The notes under the pieces were generated by a model. The model did not search any database, had not been told where the DNA came from, and saw nothing but the letters and a program-made list of their open reading frames with translations. Both the position numbers and the translations under genes were made by a program. From positions 29,676-93,675 of the forward strand of contig CAKKSC010000021.1 in NCBI GenBank assembly GCA_919902985.1: a DNA stretch of 64,000 bases, read 5' to 3'. Shown in pieces: positions 44,681 to 53,995 of the stretch; position 1 is the first letter of the stretch; every line of letters starts with the position of its first letter. The DNA comes from Desulfuromonadales bacterium. GTDB lineage: Bacteria > Desulfobacterota > JAENJC01.

Positions 44681-47102
44681 AGTTTTCCTTGTCCATTATT
44701 TTCTCATATTGGCAGGCATCGTGATCGACGGAGGCAATGATTATACATATGAGCCTGATTATCTCTTCTATCGGCGCCGTCTCATCAAGTACCGCTTCCC
44801 GCATCCTGTCGAGAAACCTCTTAGGGTCTTCTCCCCCAAGTATTTTACCAAGCGCCGCCAGATGATCTGAACTCCCCTCTTTGAATAAGCTCTGAAGGTC
44901 TTCCTTAAGCATCATGAAGGATTCGGCGATATGAAGCTTCCTGAGGTCTTCCCTGTAATATCTCTCAGCTGAAAGATTGAACTCCTCAGCCTCAATGTTC
45001 ATGGGAGAGCGGGTGTTTAATTTCCCCATGATTCCGCTGGTCAACTTAGCTGAAACTGAATATTTCCGGGGATCGAATATCCGCTCCTTCAGGTCTGCCA
45101 CGGTCTCCTGCAAGTTCAGCATTTCTATCAGGTCTGCCGCATCTTCCTGTAGAATGCTTACTAATGTCTTACGGTACTGATCAATGCAGATACGCAGATA
45201 TCCGGGGTATCTGCGGCTATGCCGCACCGCTTTGGTCTTCTCCACTATCCTCTTGAGGAAAAGGTTGCCGGTGTCGCTCTTCACAAAAAAGGTGGGTATG
45301 TCTGTGGCTGCACAGAAGAATATCTGGCGGCGCTCACTTTCAACAGCCGGGTCATCAGGTATGTGCGAGTGAGTGAGCTTTCCCTCCGCCATATATTTGA
45401 ATGCCAATGCATTCAAAAGGTTTTGCAGGTTGGCGGCCTTCCCCATATCTTCCTCGATACTGGAGAAAAGACTGTAATAGCGCCCCTCAAAGCCGGAAAA
45501 CCCCATCTTTTCAAACTCCCTGAGCTTGTAGAGCAGATAAAGGGACATCTTGGAATCAAATATCCCCAGGTCAGCCAGGTCTTTTTTCAGGCGCAAATCG
45601 TTGCCGGGAGAGCCGTCAAGGGCGTTGCACTGATCTGTACTCATAAGAGATACAAGGTAATCGATAAGGCGCATATCAGGGACAAAATCCCCTCTGAGCC
45701 CCAATATATTCCTGATCGGGTTATCCAGCCATACCGGCCCGAACGGACTAATTGTCTGTCCCATGAATCTCAACCGTGCCTTGCTCTTCCATTTGCGCCA
45801 GATCATCCTGAGGTGTGTATAGTCAAGTTCATGAGGGAGGAACCCCAAGGCCTTTTCCGGGCGAAAGTCCGTAAAGTCGAGACGGTGAGGCGCTGCGCTG
45901 TATGTCCCTACGAATAAGGGCAGGAAATGCTCCACCATCTTGATTGACAGGTCGCCAAGGTACTTTTCGTGCGCCGCTGTAAACCCGGATGACTTGTCCT
46001 GGAGGTGATCCGACAATCTGATGCTCCCAAGGCTTATGTGCGTGCCGTTATTGGCAAGGCTGATGTTTGAAGTATTCGGCAATACAACCAGGTTGTTAGT
46101 GATGATCTCAGCGTCCCTAAGTTTGGCGACGCCGTTTAGCTGGCTTCTACTCAGGACCTGGTGACAGAGGTGCATATAGTTGTACTTTTCCTCCCCCCTG
46201 TCCCACCCTGAAAGGCAGGGGTTCATGAACAACTCTCTGTAAAAGGAGTCTGAGATGATCCCGTTCAACTGTTTCTGCCTGACCGGCGGAAGGGAGGAAA
46301 AATATACCTTTACCTTCTGTCCGTTTTCTCTGAGCATGAATTTGTTGTTTGCGTAGGCAGTTAGAAGCTGTGTAAGGAGGAACCTCTTTGAGCTTTCCTT
46401 TGCAACAGCCCTTCCCATGCCTGTTGCAGACCTCAGAGGCACGACATAAAAGGAGAATGTCTCCGGGGATGTGTTGTCGTTGAGAAAGTGGTCAAGCAGC
46501 CGCTCCCCCCTGTGTAAGACGAGTCCGGGACTGCTTCCCTGTGAGGCCATTGCATCGGCCAGGGAAAGTTTTAGAAGATAGCTGACAGGGATGCGGATAA
46601 ACTCCCTGCCATGTTCATAGAGGAAAAACCTGTCCTTGTCGCTCCTGGAACTGCTGAAAGGATTTTTCTTGTCGGCTCGGAGGTCCGAGATGAAGAGGTT
46701 GTAGACCTGCCGTGACAGGGTCTCCCTTGGGAATCTGACCCAACTGTTTTCCCATACATTGTCGGCGTTATCGTTGAGGAACCTCTCAAGCTCTGAAATC
46801 ACTTTTTTGGGCGCCACGCCGGATGAGGCCCTCCTGATGATGTTCCTGAAGTAGTTGGACTCCCTTATAGTCAGGGGGAGGTCGACGTTGTCGGCTGTGC
46901 CTTCAACCGCAACCTGAAGCTCGTTTTCAGAACCGGAGGTAGTGTCGTTCAGGGAAAAGGGGAGCGCCTCGACAGGCAGCCGGGATGTCCCAAGATCAAT
47001 CCCGAGCAGTTCAAGCATCTTCCTTGGGTCATCTGGCAGGCTTCCGCTTCTCCCCCAGTCATATGATAGCCGGTCATTCGTAAGCGCCATAAGCCTGCTC
47101 AT
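44613..47102 (-). CDS. Uncharacterized 829-aa protein, translationally coupled to the downstream Psd-like gene
   Basis: Long ORF that overlaps the Psd-like gene's 5' end by 68 nt. I recognised no known catalytic motifs. A Pho-box-like array lies ~200 nt upstream. Confidence 0.5.
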   Translation of the reverse strand: MSRLMALTNDRLSYDWGRSGSLPDDPRKMLELLGIDLGTSRLPVEALPFSLNDTTSGSENELQVAVEGTADNVDLPLTIRESNYFRNIIRRASSGVAPKKVISELERFLNDNADNVWENSWVRFPRETLSRQVYNLFISDLRADKKNPFSSSRSDKDRFFLYEHGREFIRIPVSYLLKLSLADAMASQGSSPGLVLHRGERLLDHFLNDNTSPETFSFYVVPLRSATGMGRAVAKESSKRFLLTQLLTAYANNKFMLRENGQKVKVYFSSLPPVRQKQLNGIISDSFYRELFMNPCLSGWDRGEEKYNYMHLCHQVLSRSQLNGVAKLRDAEIITNNLVVLPNTSNISLANNGTHISLGSIRLSDHLQDKSSGFTAAHEKYLGDLSIKMVEHFLPLFVGTYSAAPHRLDFTDFRPEKALGFLPHELDYTHLRMIWRKWKSKARLRFMGQTISPFGPVWLDNPIRNILGLRGDFVPDMRLIDYLVSLMSTDQCNALDGSPGNDLRLKKDLADLGIFDSKMSLYLLYKLREFEKMGFSGFEGRYYSLFSSIEEDMGKAANLQNLLNALAFKYMAEGKLTHSHIPDDPAVESERRQIFFCAATDIPTFFVKSDTGNLFLKRIVEKTKAVRHSRRYPGYLRICIDQYRKTLVSILQEDAADLIEMLNLQETVADLKERIFDPRKYSVSAKLTSGIMGKLNTRSPMNIEAEEFNLSAERYYREDLRKLHIAESFMMLKEDLQSLFKEGSSDHLAALGKILGGEDPKRFLDRMREAVLDETAPIEEIIRLICIIIASVDHDACQYEKIMDKENYVYDKTSVFRTQYEQDMYRAAV

Positions 47103-47298
47103 ATTTCTTCCTCATTGGATATCTGTGGTTATAGTCAATAGCAAACTTGCGTAAACAATATCTTCACTTAAGACCGGCCATAAGTTTGCAGCTTCGATAT
47201 AAAAACTTTCTGATGGCAGTCTATGGCCTTTTCGCCTCGTTCGGCAGTGGGGTTTGCAATGACCTTGGTCCTCACACTGGCAACTATAAATACTTTAT

Positions 47299-47337
47299 GT
47301 TACAGGGATGTTAAGGTTGTGTTAAGAATTGGTTAAT
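47299..47337 (-). promoter_or_regulatory. Pho-box-like array (variant): GTTACA / GTTAAG / GTTAAG / GTTAAT at 11-bp phasing
   Basis: Hexamers start at 47299, 47310, 47321 and 47332. It sits upstream of the 829-aa/Psd-like operon. Confidence 0.5.
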
Positions 47338-47357
47338 TTTTTGGGGAGAGAGATGGT

Positions 47358-47651
47358 TTACCCGTTAAGACCTTCAATAAAGCCCATCACCTCTTCATTT
47401 GAAGCCATATCGGAGATCATGGAGTCGATGAACTTCATGATGTCTATCTCACTGGGCTTATAAAGGAGTGTAAGGCTTCCTGTCATAGGGTTAGTCTGGA
47501 TGTCTATTATTGACGGGGGGAATGTGACAAAGGAAAAGTTTCTGATGACCTCTGGGATATCTTCGACCTTGACGGAGGAAAGTCTCTTAATAAAGGGGAC
47601 ATCAAGTCTAATGCGTCCAGGGATATGATGGGCAACTTTGTAGGTAATCAT
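47358..47651 (-). CDS. Small HMA-like domain protein with conserved basic motif H-H-I-P-G-R-I-R-L (CoBaHMA-like, tentative)
   Basis: 97 aa (MITYKVAHHIPGRIRLDVP...NPMTGSLTLLYK). It shares the H-x-x-PGR-[IL]-R ... NP[LM]TGS[IL] pattern with 54785..55156, 53996..54454 and the N-terminus of the P-type ATPase. Confidence 0.45.
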   Translation of the reverse strand: MITYKVAHHIPGRIRLDVPFIKRLSSVKVEDIPEVIRNFSFVTFPPSIIDIQTNPMTGSLTLLYKPSEIDIMKFIDSMISDMASNEEVMGFIEGLNG

Positions 47652-47655
47652 CTGG

Positions 47656-47889
47656 CTATCCTATTTGTCTGAAATGAAGTCTTGCTGTCAGAACGTATTT
47701 TACCTTTCTGGGGACGAGTATGGGAAGATAGTCCTTAACCTTTGCCCCTTTCCTGGTCTTATCTAAGGCAACTTCATAGAGGAGTGCGACGTCGTCAAAA
47801 GGTATCCCCGTATCGTTGGCGATTGACTCAATATTATGAAGATGCTGCTTTTTTTCCTTTTCGTTGCCATAGAGTGCGGTTTTGTCCAT
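47656..47889 (-). CDS. Small hypothetical protein
   Basis: 77-aa ORF between the HMA-like gene and the CDF gene. No recognisable motif. The ORF is open to 47925. Confidence 0.3.
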   Translation of the reverse strand: MDKTALYGNEKEKKQHLHNIESIANDTGIPFDDVALLYEVALDKTRKGAKVKDYLPILVPRKVKYVLTARLHFRQIG

Positions 47890-47942
47890 AGAGATGCCCT
47901 TTTTATATAAGAATGATCGTAACAATGACGAAATCTACCAGC

Positions 47943-48803
47943 TTATCCCTCTTCATAAATCTCAACATAGACATCATGGAAACCGAACTTGCTCTCCAAT
48001 CTTTTCTTCAAGGCCTTTATCTCATCCCTGCTGCAAACCTGCCCATCTGTCCTTACCCTTGCAGCCATTATTGTCTTTTCTGGGGTTAATACCCAGACAC
48101 GCAGGTCTTTCACCTGCTTTATGCAGTCAAGACCGTTCCCTATAAATCTTCTTACTCCCTCAATGTCCATCCCGACAGGAGTCCCCTCCATGAGTATCCC
48201 AATGCTGCCTTTCAATAAACTGTATATTGGATATGCCACCAGGAGACCTATAAAGATACTTGTTACTGCATCCATCACGTAAAGACCGGTGAGTTGAATT
48301 ATCACTGAGGATACGATGACTCCCACGGAACCCAGGGCATCATTCAGAATGAGGATATAAGCCCCTTTTATGTTTATATCCCCGGAGCTTTTGTAGAGTT
48401 TGAGCAAGCCAAAACCGTTTACCAGAAGACCGAGAAGCGCTATGTAAAACACCTTCCCTGCATCCAATGCTTGGGGATTTCTTATCCTGTTGTAGGAATC
48501 GACCAGAACAAAAAAAAGCACAAAACCCACCAGCATTCCGTTAAAGAGCCCGGACAGGACCTTGGCCCTTTCATAGCCGAATGTATTGTTATTGTCCGCA
48601 GGCCTTTTGCTGAGTTTCGCGACATAAAGGACTATCAACTGGCCTGTTATGTTAATCGCCATGAATGACGCGTCTGTAAGCAGGGCAAGACTGTTATAAT
48701 AGAGCCCTCCAAGCAGTTCTATAAAAAAGTAACCTATTGTTAATATAAAGACAGTGCCCAGGTTGTAGGTCATTGTTTGCTCCGAAAATAGTTTTTTAAC
48801 CAC
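47943..48803 (-). CDS. Cation diffusion facilitator (CDF) family divalent-cation efflux transporter
   Basis: Six TM helices with the CDF signature region (SLALLTDASFMAIN in TM2, ILNDALGSVGVIV in TM5) and a C-terminal cytoplasmic domain. Confidence 0.8.
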   Translation of the reverse strand: MVKKLFSEQTMTYNLGTVFILTIGYFFIELLGGLYYNSLALLTDASFMAINITGQLIVLYVAKLSKRPADNNNTFGYERAKVLSGLFNGMLVGFVLFFVLVDSYNRIRNPQALDAGKVFYIALLGLLVNGFGLLKLYKSSGDINIKGAYILILNDALGSVGVIVSSVIIQLTGLYVMDAVTSIFIGLLVAYPIYSLLKGSIGILMEGTPVGMDIEGVRRFIGNGLDCIKQVKDLRVWVLTPEKTIMAARVRTDGQVCSRDEIKALKKRLESKFGFHDVYVEIYEEG

Positions 48804-48879
48804 CCCACCGAACCTCCCCTTACCAAGGGGAGGAATTAAATATTCCCCTCCTTGGCAAGGAGGGGCTAGGAAGGTGGTT
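48804..48879. repeat. GC-rich CCCCTCC...GGAGGGG hairpin cluster (REP-like), one of about seven similar hairpins in the window
   Basis: ccaccccacc...cccttaccaaggggagg...cccctccttggcaaggagggg...ggtgg. Similar CCCCTCCC/GGGAGGGG hairpins occur near 25316, 25770, 26446, 27836, 52868 and 62935. Confidence 0.6.
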
Positions 48880-50073
48880 CTAAAGCATCCCTGCCTTATC
48901 CGTAAGTTCCCACGGAAGCCCTATATCCATCCTCCCCACATGGCCATAGGCAGCCAGTTTTCTGTAAAAGCCCCCCTTATTGCTGGATGGCAAGTGCCTG
49001 AGATTGAATTGTCTTATTATTCCGGCAGGCCGAAAGTCGAAATGTCTTTCAATCCGAGAGGCTATTTCTTTATCCGGCATCTTCCCTGTTCCGAAGGTCT
49101 CAACTTGAATGCTTACGGGCCTTGAAAGGCCGATAGAATAGCTTAACATTACTTCACATTCGTCAGCCAGCCGGGCTGCCACAACATTCTTGGCGGCATA
49201 ACGGGCTGCATAGGCCCCGATCCTGTCGATACGCGATGGATCCTTGCCGCTCAAGGCTGCTCCGCTGTGTCTTGAATATTCTCCGTAAGTGTCTATGGCG
49301 TTCTTCCTTCCGGTCAGGCCCGAATGGATCGCAGGTCCTCCCAGGATAAAAGGCCCGTCGGGGTTGACGAATATCCTTGTATCGTTATCCGGTTTTATCT
49401 CTTCATCCTGAAACACGGAGTTGATGAGTGCTTCCCTTATATCCTCCTCAAGCTTATTCAAGCCTGGCCCTCCTGATGAGGCAACTATATTCTGGCTTGC
49501 GATCACTGTTATGCTATGGATCCTGAACGGCCGCCCATCTTTATATTCAACTCCTACCTGGGTCTTGCCGTCAGGGGCAAGGTATGGAAGCGTCCTTTGA
49601 AGTCTGGCTGACGTAAGCTTCCTTGAAAGCTTGTGAGCAAGCCAGATCGGGAGCGGCATAAGGGAAGGGGTCTGGTTGCAGGCAAAGCCGAAGACCGTAA
49701 CCTGGTTCTTGGCCTGGATGCGCTCAATATCATCATCGGAAAGGTTCTTCTCATCAAAAAAATCCTGTCCGTCATAAGGCTGTTCCCTGAGGCTCGTAAT
49801 TATACTGCACGTCTTAGAGTTAAAGGCGTTCTGGTCATAACCTATCTGGCTTATCACCTGCCTTGCAACGTTTGAAAAATCTATAATTGCCCTTGACTCA
49901 AAGCGGGCTGCGATAAAAACAATGGCGGTAGAGAGGGCACACTCCGCAATGACCTTTGAATAAGGGTCCTGCTGGAGAAAGTGATCGACAACGGCGTCGC
50001 TGATAATGTCGCAAAGCTTGTCAGGATGCCCTTCTGTTACCGACTCGGATGTAAACATAAAGTCCTGTTTCAT
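48880..50073 (-). CDS. S-adenosylmethionine synthetase (MetK)-like protein, divergent
   Basis: FTSESVTEGHPDKLCDIISDAV matches the MetK N-terminal motif. GGPAIHSGLTGRKNAIDTYGEYSRHSGAALSGKDPSRIDRIGAYAARYAAKNVVAARLA matches the MetK C-terminal P-loop region, but the usual GGGAFSGKD appears as SGAALSGKD. Overlaps the ATPase stop by 4 nt. Confidence 0.65.
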   Translation of the reverse strand: MKQDFMFTSESVTEGHPDKLCDIISDAVVDHFLQQDPYSKVIAECALSTAIVFIAARFESRAIIDFSNVARQVISQIGYDQNAFNSKTCSIITSLREQPYDGQDFFDEKNLSDDDIERIQAKNQVTVFGFACNQTPSLMPLPIWLAHKLSRKLTSARLQRTLPYLAPDGKTQVGVEYKDGRPFRIHSITVIASQNIVASSGGPGLNKLEEDIREALINSVFQDEEIKPDNDTRIFVNPDGPFILGGPAIHSGLTGRKNAIDTYGEYSRHSGAALSGKDPSRIDRIGAYAARYAAKNVVAARLADECEVMLSYSIGLSRPVSIQVETFGTGKMPDKEIASRIERHFDFRPAGIIRQFNLRHLPSSNKGGFYRKLAAYGHVGRMDIGLPWELTDKAGML

Positions 50074-53000
50074 TGTTTCACCTCGCTTTTTGTCGCCTCA
50101 TTTACCACCAGCGGAAGAAATGCGCTCCCCCCGATAACAAGACCGTCAACAATGCTTAACGGAGCAATTCCAAGGAGACCTCGCAACCCCGGCACTACAA
50201 GGGTCAATCCCTGCAATGCAAAGGAACCGGCCAGGGCGGCGTTCAGATAGCCGTTGGACTGCATGCCCGATCCGGGGGCACTATCGAAGATCCCATGTGT
50301 CTCCGACCTGCAGCTTAACGCATGAAGAAGCTGTCCGGAGGTCAGACTCATAAATGCCATGGTGCTTGCCTGCGGCCCAATTCCATACCTCATAATGCCG
50401 TATCCATATGCGCTGAGGGCCCCGGCTGAAAGCACTGAGGACTCGAAGAAAATCCGCTTGAAATCAGAACTCTTTACAATCGGCTCATCGGGGTCCCTTG
50501 GGGGGCGTGTAAGAACGTCCGGTTCCGGCGGCTCCATTGCCAGGGCAAGGCCTGGCGCTATATCGGACATGATATTGATCCATAAGAGCTGAATTGCGCT
50601 CAACGGCTCTCCAAAGCCTCCGGCGATAGATGTGAACATGACCGTTATCTCACTGATATTCGTGGAAAGAAGGAAATGGACAGACTTCCTTATGTTGTGG
50701 TAGATGGTCCTCCCCTGACTTATGGCAATGATCATGGTTTCAAGGTTGTCATCCTCAATCACGACATCCGCAACCTCGCGGGCTACATCGGTTCCGGTCT
50801 GCCCCATGGCTATCCCCACGTCTGCTGCTTTCAAAGCCGGGCCGTCGTTAATCCCGTCACCCGTCATGGCGACAACCTTGCCGGCCCTTTGAAAGGACTG
50901 GACTATCTGGAGCTTATGGGCCGGACTGACCCTGGAGAAGACCCGGACCCTCTCGCACAGGGCCGTCAACACCTTGGGATCCATTTCTTTCAGGTGGGAA
51001 GAGTCAAGTATCTCAAGCTGCTCCTCCATGCTGAGATTCAACTCTTTCCCGATAGAGTAGGCGGTGGGGCTCTGGTCGCCGGTGATCATGACCGTATCAA
51101 TACCTGCTGCATGGAATTTGCCTATCAGTTCTTTAACGCCTTTACGGACAGGGTCTGCCATGCCTACAAGGCCCAGCCATATAAGGTCGTATGAGGTCGA
51201 GAGGTCGAGAGGTTGAGAGGTTGAGAACTCCTCATCATCACAGATTCTCAACTTCTCATCTTCTGAATGAGTATAAGCCATGCCGAGAACCCGCAATGCA
51301 TCCCCTGCCATGCGCTCATTCACAGTCTCTATAGAGAAACGGTCGTTGTCGGTCAAAGGAAGTTTTTGGCCGTCTTTTATAAACCAGTTACATTGAGAGA
51401 GCACCTCATTGGGGCTCCCCTTTACCGCCGCCAAAAGTCTCTGTCCACCTGTCCCTTCTGCTGATGCATGATAGGAAACCATGTAGTTGCGGTTTTCGGA
51501 GCGGTGGACCATCCTGGTCAGCGGAAATTTCTTCCTTAGGCGGTCTATATCAACGCCGGTGCTGATTGCCATATGCAGCAGCGCATTCTCGGTAGACGAA
51601 CCGTTCAGGATGTATTCTCCATCGTTCATGGTTACCTCACTCTCATTGCACAGTACTGATATATGAATTAACCTGAGCAATTCGTCGTTGGAGTAAGGAT
51701 TTACGATGCCGTTTCCGGAAACAAAATTATTTTCAGAGATCCTTATATGTTTCATTCCGGTGTGTATTGCAACAACCGACATCCTGTTCATGGTAACGGT
51801 CCCTGTCTTGTCAAGGCAGATGGTCTGGACCGCACCCAGCGCCTCCACAGCGTCAAGATGCCTTATCAGGACGTTGTGTCTGCGCATCTTTCGAATGCCT
51901 AAAGCCAGGGTGGTTGTTGCGACCGTTGGAAGACCTTCCGGAACTGCGGCAACGGCCAGGGATATGGCAGACTTAAACATATGAAGAAAACCGTATCCTC
52001 TAAGAATGCCTGCAATGAATACTATGCCGCACACACCGCCGCAGATAAGCACTATTTGAGTGCCTATAGTATCAAGTTGTTTTTCCATGGGAGTTTGAGG
52101 AGGCCTTGTCCCGCCGACCAGGATTTGAATCATCCCTATCTCTGTATATCTGCCGGTGGCAATAATCACAGCCAGCCCCTGTCCGCCGGTAACGAGGGTC
52201 CCCATGTAGACGATGTTCGTCCTGTCCGCAAGAGGGATATTCTCGTCGGATGCAATAATTTCAGCCGTCTTGATAGCAGGCATACTTTCGCCTGTGAGGG
52301 CCGATTCGTCGACGCTTAAGTGTGTGGCCTCTATAAGTCTGGCATCTGCTGCCACATAACTTCCAGGTCTAAGGACAATAATGTCGCCAGGCACAAGTTT
52401 ACCGGCATTTATATTAGTGTAAAGGCCGTCTCTTATAACAATGGCTGACGGTCTGACAAGGCTCTTAAGGGAATGGATCGTCCTTTCCGTCTGCATTTCG
52501 GTAAAATACCCTATGGCCGCATTTATGCCTACTACACCAATTATAACCGCCGCATCAGCCACTCCTCCGGTAAAAATGGATATGCCAGCGGCCACTCCCA
52601 GGAGCGCTACAGGCAAAGATTTAAACTGTTCAAACAGCACGCTGAGCCCGGAGCGCGGGACAGACTCAGGGAGAAGATTCGGGCCGAATCTTTTTGTCCT
52701 GTCACTGACCGATTCAACAGTTAATCCGTTTTTCCGGTCAGTACCCATCAGATCAAGGACCTGGGCAGTACCCATAAGGTGCCAGGCTTCTACCGGCTGT
52801 TCCTGAGCACTGTTAATCAGCTTTCTGAGGGCCGGTCTGCCTGTTATCGGGGAGAAGCCAACTAACTTTTCCCCCCCTTTAGAAAAAGGGGGAGAGGAGG
52901 GGTTTGGTGTCTCAGGATTACTATTGTTGAAATAATCAATTACTACGCTTTCAAGGAGAGATGCAATGTCATTGGATGTATTCCCGGAGTTGAAGAGGAC

Positions 53001-53159
53001 AAGGACGTTGCCGGTCAGAGTATTAATGGCAACGTATGAAATCTCCTGCCTGTGTGAGAACCTTGCCTCTATATATTCCCTCAGGGGCTCCGAACGGTAA
53101 AGCCCTTTTACCTTATATCGAGCCCTTCCGCTTACAGCGGTGTTTATAGTCTGAACCAT
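50070..53159 (-). CDS. P-type cation-transporting ATPase (type II, Ca2+/cation-ATPase-like) with an extra N-terminal HMA-like (CoBaHMA-like) domain
   Basis: Phosphorylation site CLDKTGTVTMN; TGDQ (MITGDQ); hinge GDGINDGPALKAADVGIAMG; a Cation_ATPase_N-like segment (AWHLMGTAQVLDLMGTDRKNGLTVESVSDRTKRFGPN). The first ~60 aa (RARYKVKGLYRS...AINTLTGNVLVLFN) resemble the small HMA-like proteins. Confidence 0.85.
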   Translation of the reverse strand: MVQTINTAVSGRARYKVKGLYRSEPLREYIEARFSHRQEISYVAINTLTGNVLVLFNSGNTSNDIASLLESVVIDYFNNSNPETPNPSSPPFSKGGEKLVGFSPITGRPALRKLINSAQEQPVEAWHLMGTAQVLDLMGTDRKNGLTVESVSDRTKRFGPNLLPESVPRSGLSVLFEQFKSLPVALLGVAAGISIFTGGVADAAVIIGVVGINAAIGYFTEMQTERTIHSLKSLVRPSAIVIRDGLYTNINAGKLVPGDIIVLRPGSYVAADARLIEATHLSVDESALTGESMPAIKTAEIIASDENIPLADRTNIVYMGTLVTGGQGLAVIIATGRYTEIGMIQILVGGTRPPQTPMEKQLDTIGTQIVLICGGVCGIVFIAGILRGYGFLHMFKSAISLAVAAVPEGLPTVATTTLALGIRKMRRHNVLIRHLDAVEALGAVQTICLDKTGTVTMNRMSVVAIHTGMKHIRISENNFVSGNGIVNPYSNDELLRLIHISVLCNESEVTMNDGEYILNGSSTENALLHMAISTGVDIDRLRKKFPLTRMVHRSENRNYMVSYHASAEGTGGQRLLAAVKGSPNEVLSQCNWFIKDGQKLPLTDNDRFSIETVNERMAGDALRVLGMAYTHSEDEKLRICDDEEFSTSQPLDLSTSYDLIWLGLVGMADPVRKGVKELIGKFHAAGIDTVMITGDQSPTAYSIGKELNLSMEEQLEILDSSHLKEMDPKVLTALCERVRVFSRVSPAHKLQIVQSFQRAGKVVAMTGDGINDGPALKAADVGIAMGQTGTDVAREVADVVIEDDNLETMIIAISQGRTIYHNIRKSVHFLLSTNISEITVMFTSIAGGFGEPLSAIQLLWINIMSDIAPGLALAMEPPEPDVLTRPPRDPDEPIVKSSDFKRIFFESSVLSAGALSAYGYGIMRYGIGPQASTMAFMSLTSGQLLHALSCRSETHGIFDSAPGSGMQSNGYLNAALAGSFALQGLTLVVPGLRGLLGIAPLSIVDGLVIGGSAFLPLVVNEATKSEVKQ

Positions 53160-53225
53160 GACAGAACTGGTTTCCTTTCTAACTTCTACAGGAGTGACAG
53201 CTTTTACAAGACCTTATTAGTGTCT

Positions 53226-53948
53226 TTATCGTTTATTAATAGGATATTTGCCCTGTTTCCCTTTTACCCTGCCGGCAGCCTCAGGCTCCTCAATTTCTTC
53301 CTTTACCGGAAAGACCCTTTCTTCCAGAGTGGCTGCAGCAGCCGTCCTCGGCTCCGGCAGGGCAGCACATGCGATGTCCTTAATGCCGCCAACCACACCG
53401 ACCAGTATGTCTTTAACCGACCTGACGGCTGTGTTTCCGATATCGCCGGCCGCCTCAATGGCGCTACTGACAGCGACAGCAGCCACCTGTCCCACATTTC
53501 CACCTACTTCCCTTGTTGCCTCTATGACGCCGTCAACTGTCCTTCTGGCGACCATGGCCACATCGGCCCCGATCTCAGCTGCTCCATTGACAGCGCCTTT
53601 TACCGTCTGTCCAGCAGCAGTAATCACGTCTCCGCCCACATCGCTCACACCCATTACGACCCCCTTTGCCACACTCTTGGTGCTAAGGGTGAGCCCTGTG
53701 CCTACCTCCTCAGTTGCGGCTATTGCCCCCTTAATGACATCTTTTGTAATGTTTACGGTTTCGCCCGCCACGTCGCCTGTTGTCCGCAGGGCATTGGAAA
53801 CAGTGGCCCTCACAAGGCCCACGATCTCCGCCTGGATTTCATTTATTCCTTTCAGGCTTCCTACGATACCTTCCTTAACCGAGTTGCCTGTGCTGCTTAA
53901 TCCTACTTTGATTGTTGTCCCGCTTGTTTCTGTTGTTTCGGTGATCAT
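53226..53948 (-). CDS. Repeat-rich amphipathic protein (Val/Gly/Ala/Thr-rich ~11-residue periodic repeats)
   Basis: AAGGAGG RBS 7 nt before the ATG at 53948. The sequence is dominated by repeats such as TVKGAVNGAAEIGADVAMVARRTVDGVIEATREVGGNVGQVAAVAVSSAIEAAGDIGNTAV. The opposite-strand ORF is low-complexity and rejected. Confidence 0.45.
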   Translation of the reverse strand: MITETTETSGTTIKVGLSSTGNSVKEGIVGSLKGINEIQAEIVGLVRATVSNALRTTGDVAGETVNITKDVIKGAIAATEEVGTGLTLSTKSVAKGVVMGVSDVGGDVITAAGQTVKGAVNGAAEIGADVAMVARRTVDGVIEATREVGGNVGQVAAVAVSSAIEAAGDIGNTAVRSVKDILVGVVGGIKDIACAALPEPRTAAAATLEERVFPVKEEIEEPEAAGRVKGKQGKYPINKR

Positions 53949-53995
53949 TTTATTCCTCCTTTGAATTTTTACCACAAAGCCTTGCGGGTTAATTT

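Noticed and set aside
53248-53964. 238-aa ORF on the plus strand, antisense to the repeat-rich protein gene.
   Set aside because: Its translation is low-complexity T/A/P/S-rich text typical of a frame-shadow of a Gly/Ala/Val-rich gene. The minus-strand ORF has a strong RBS and fits the operon orientation.
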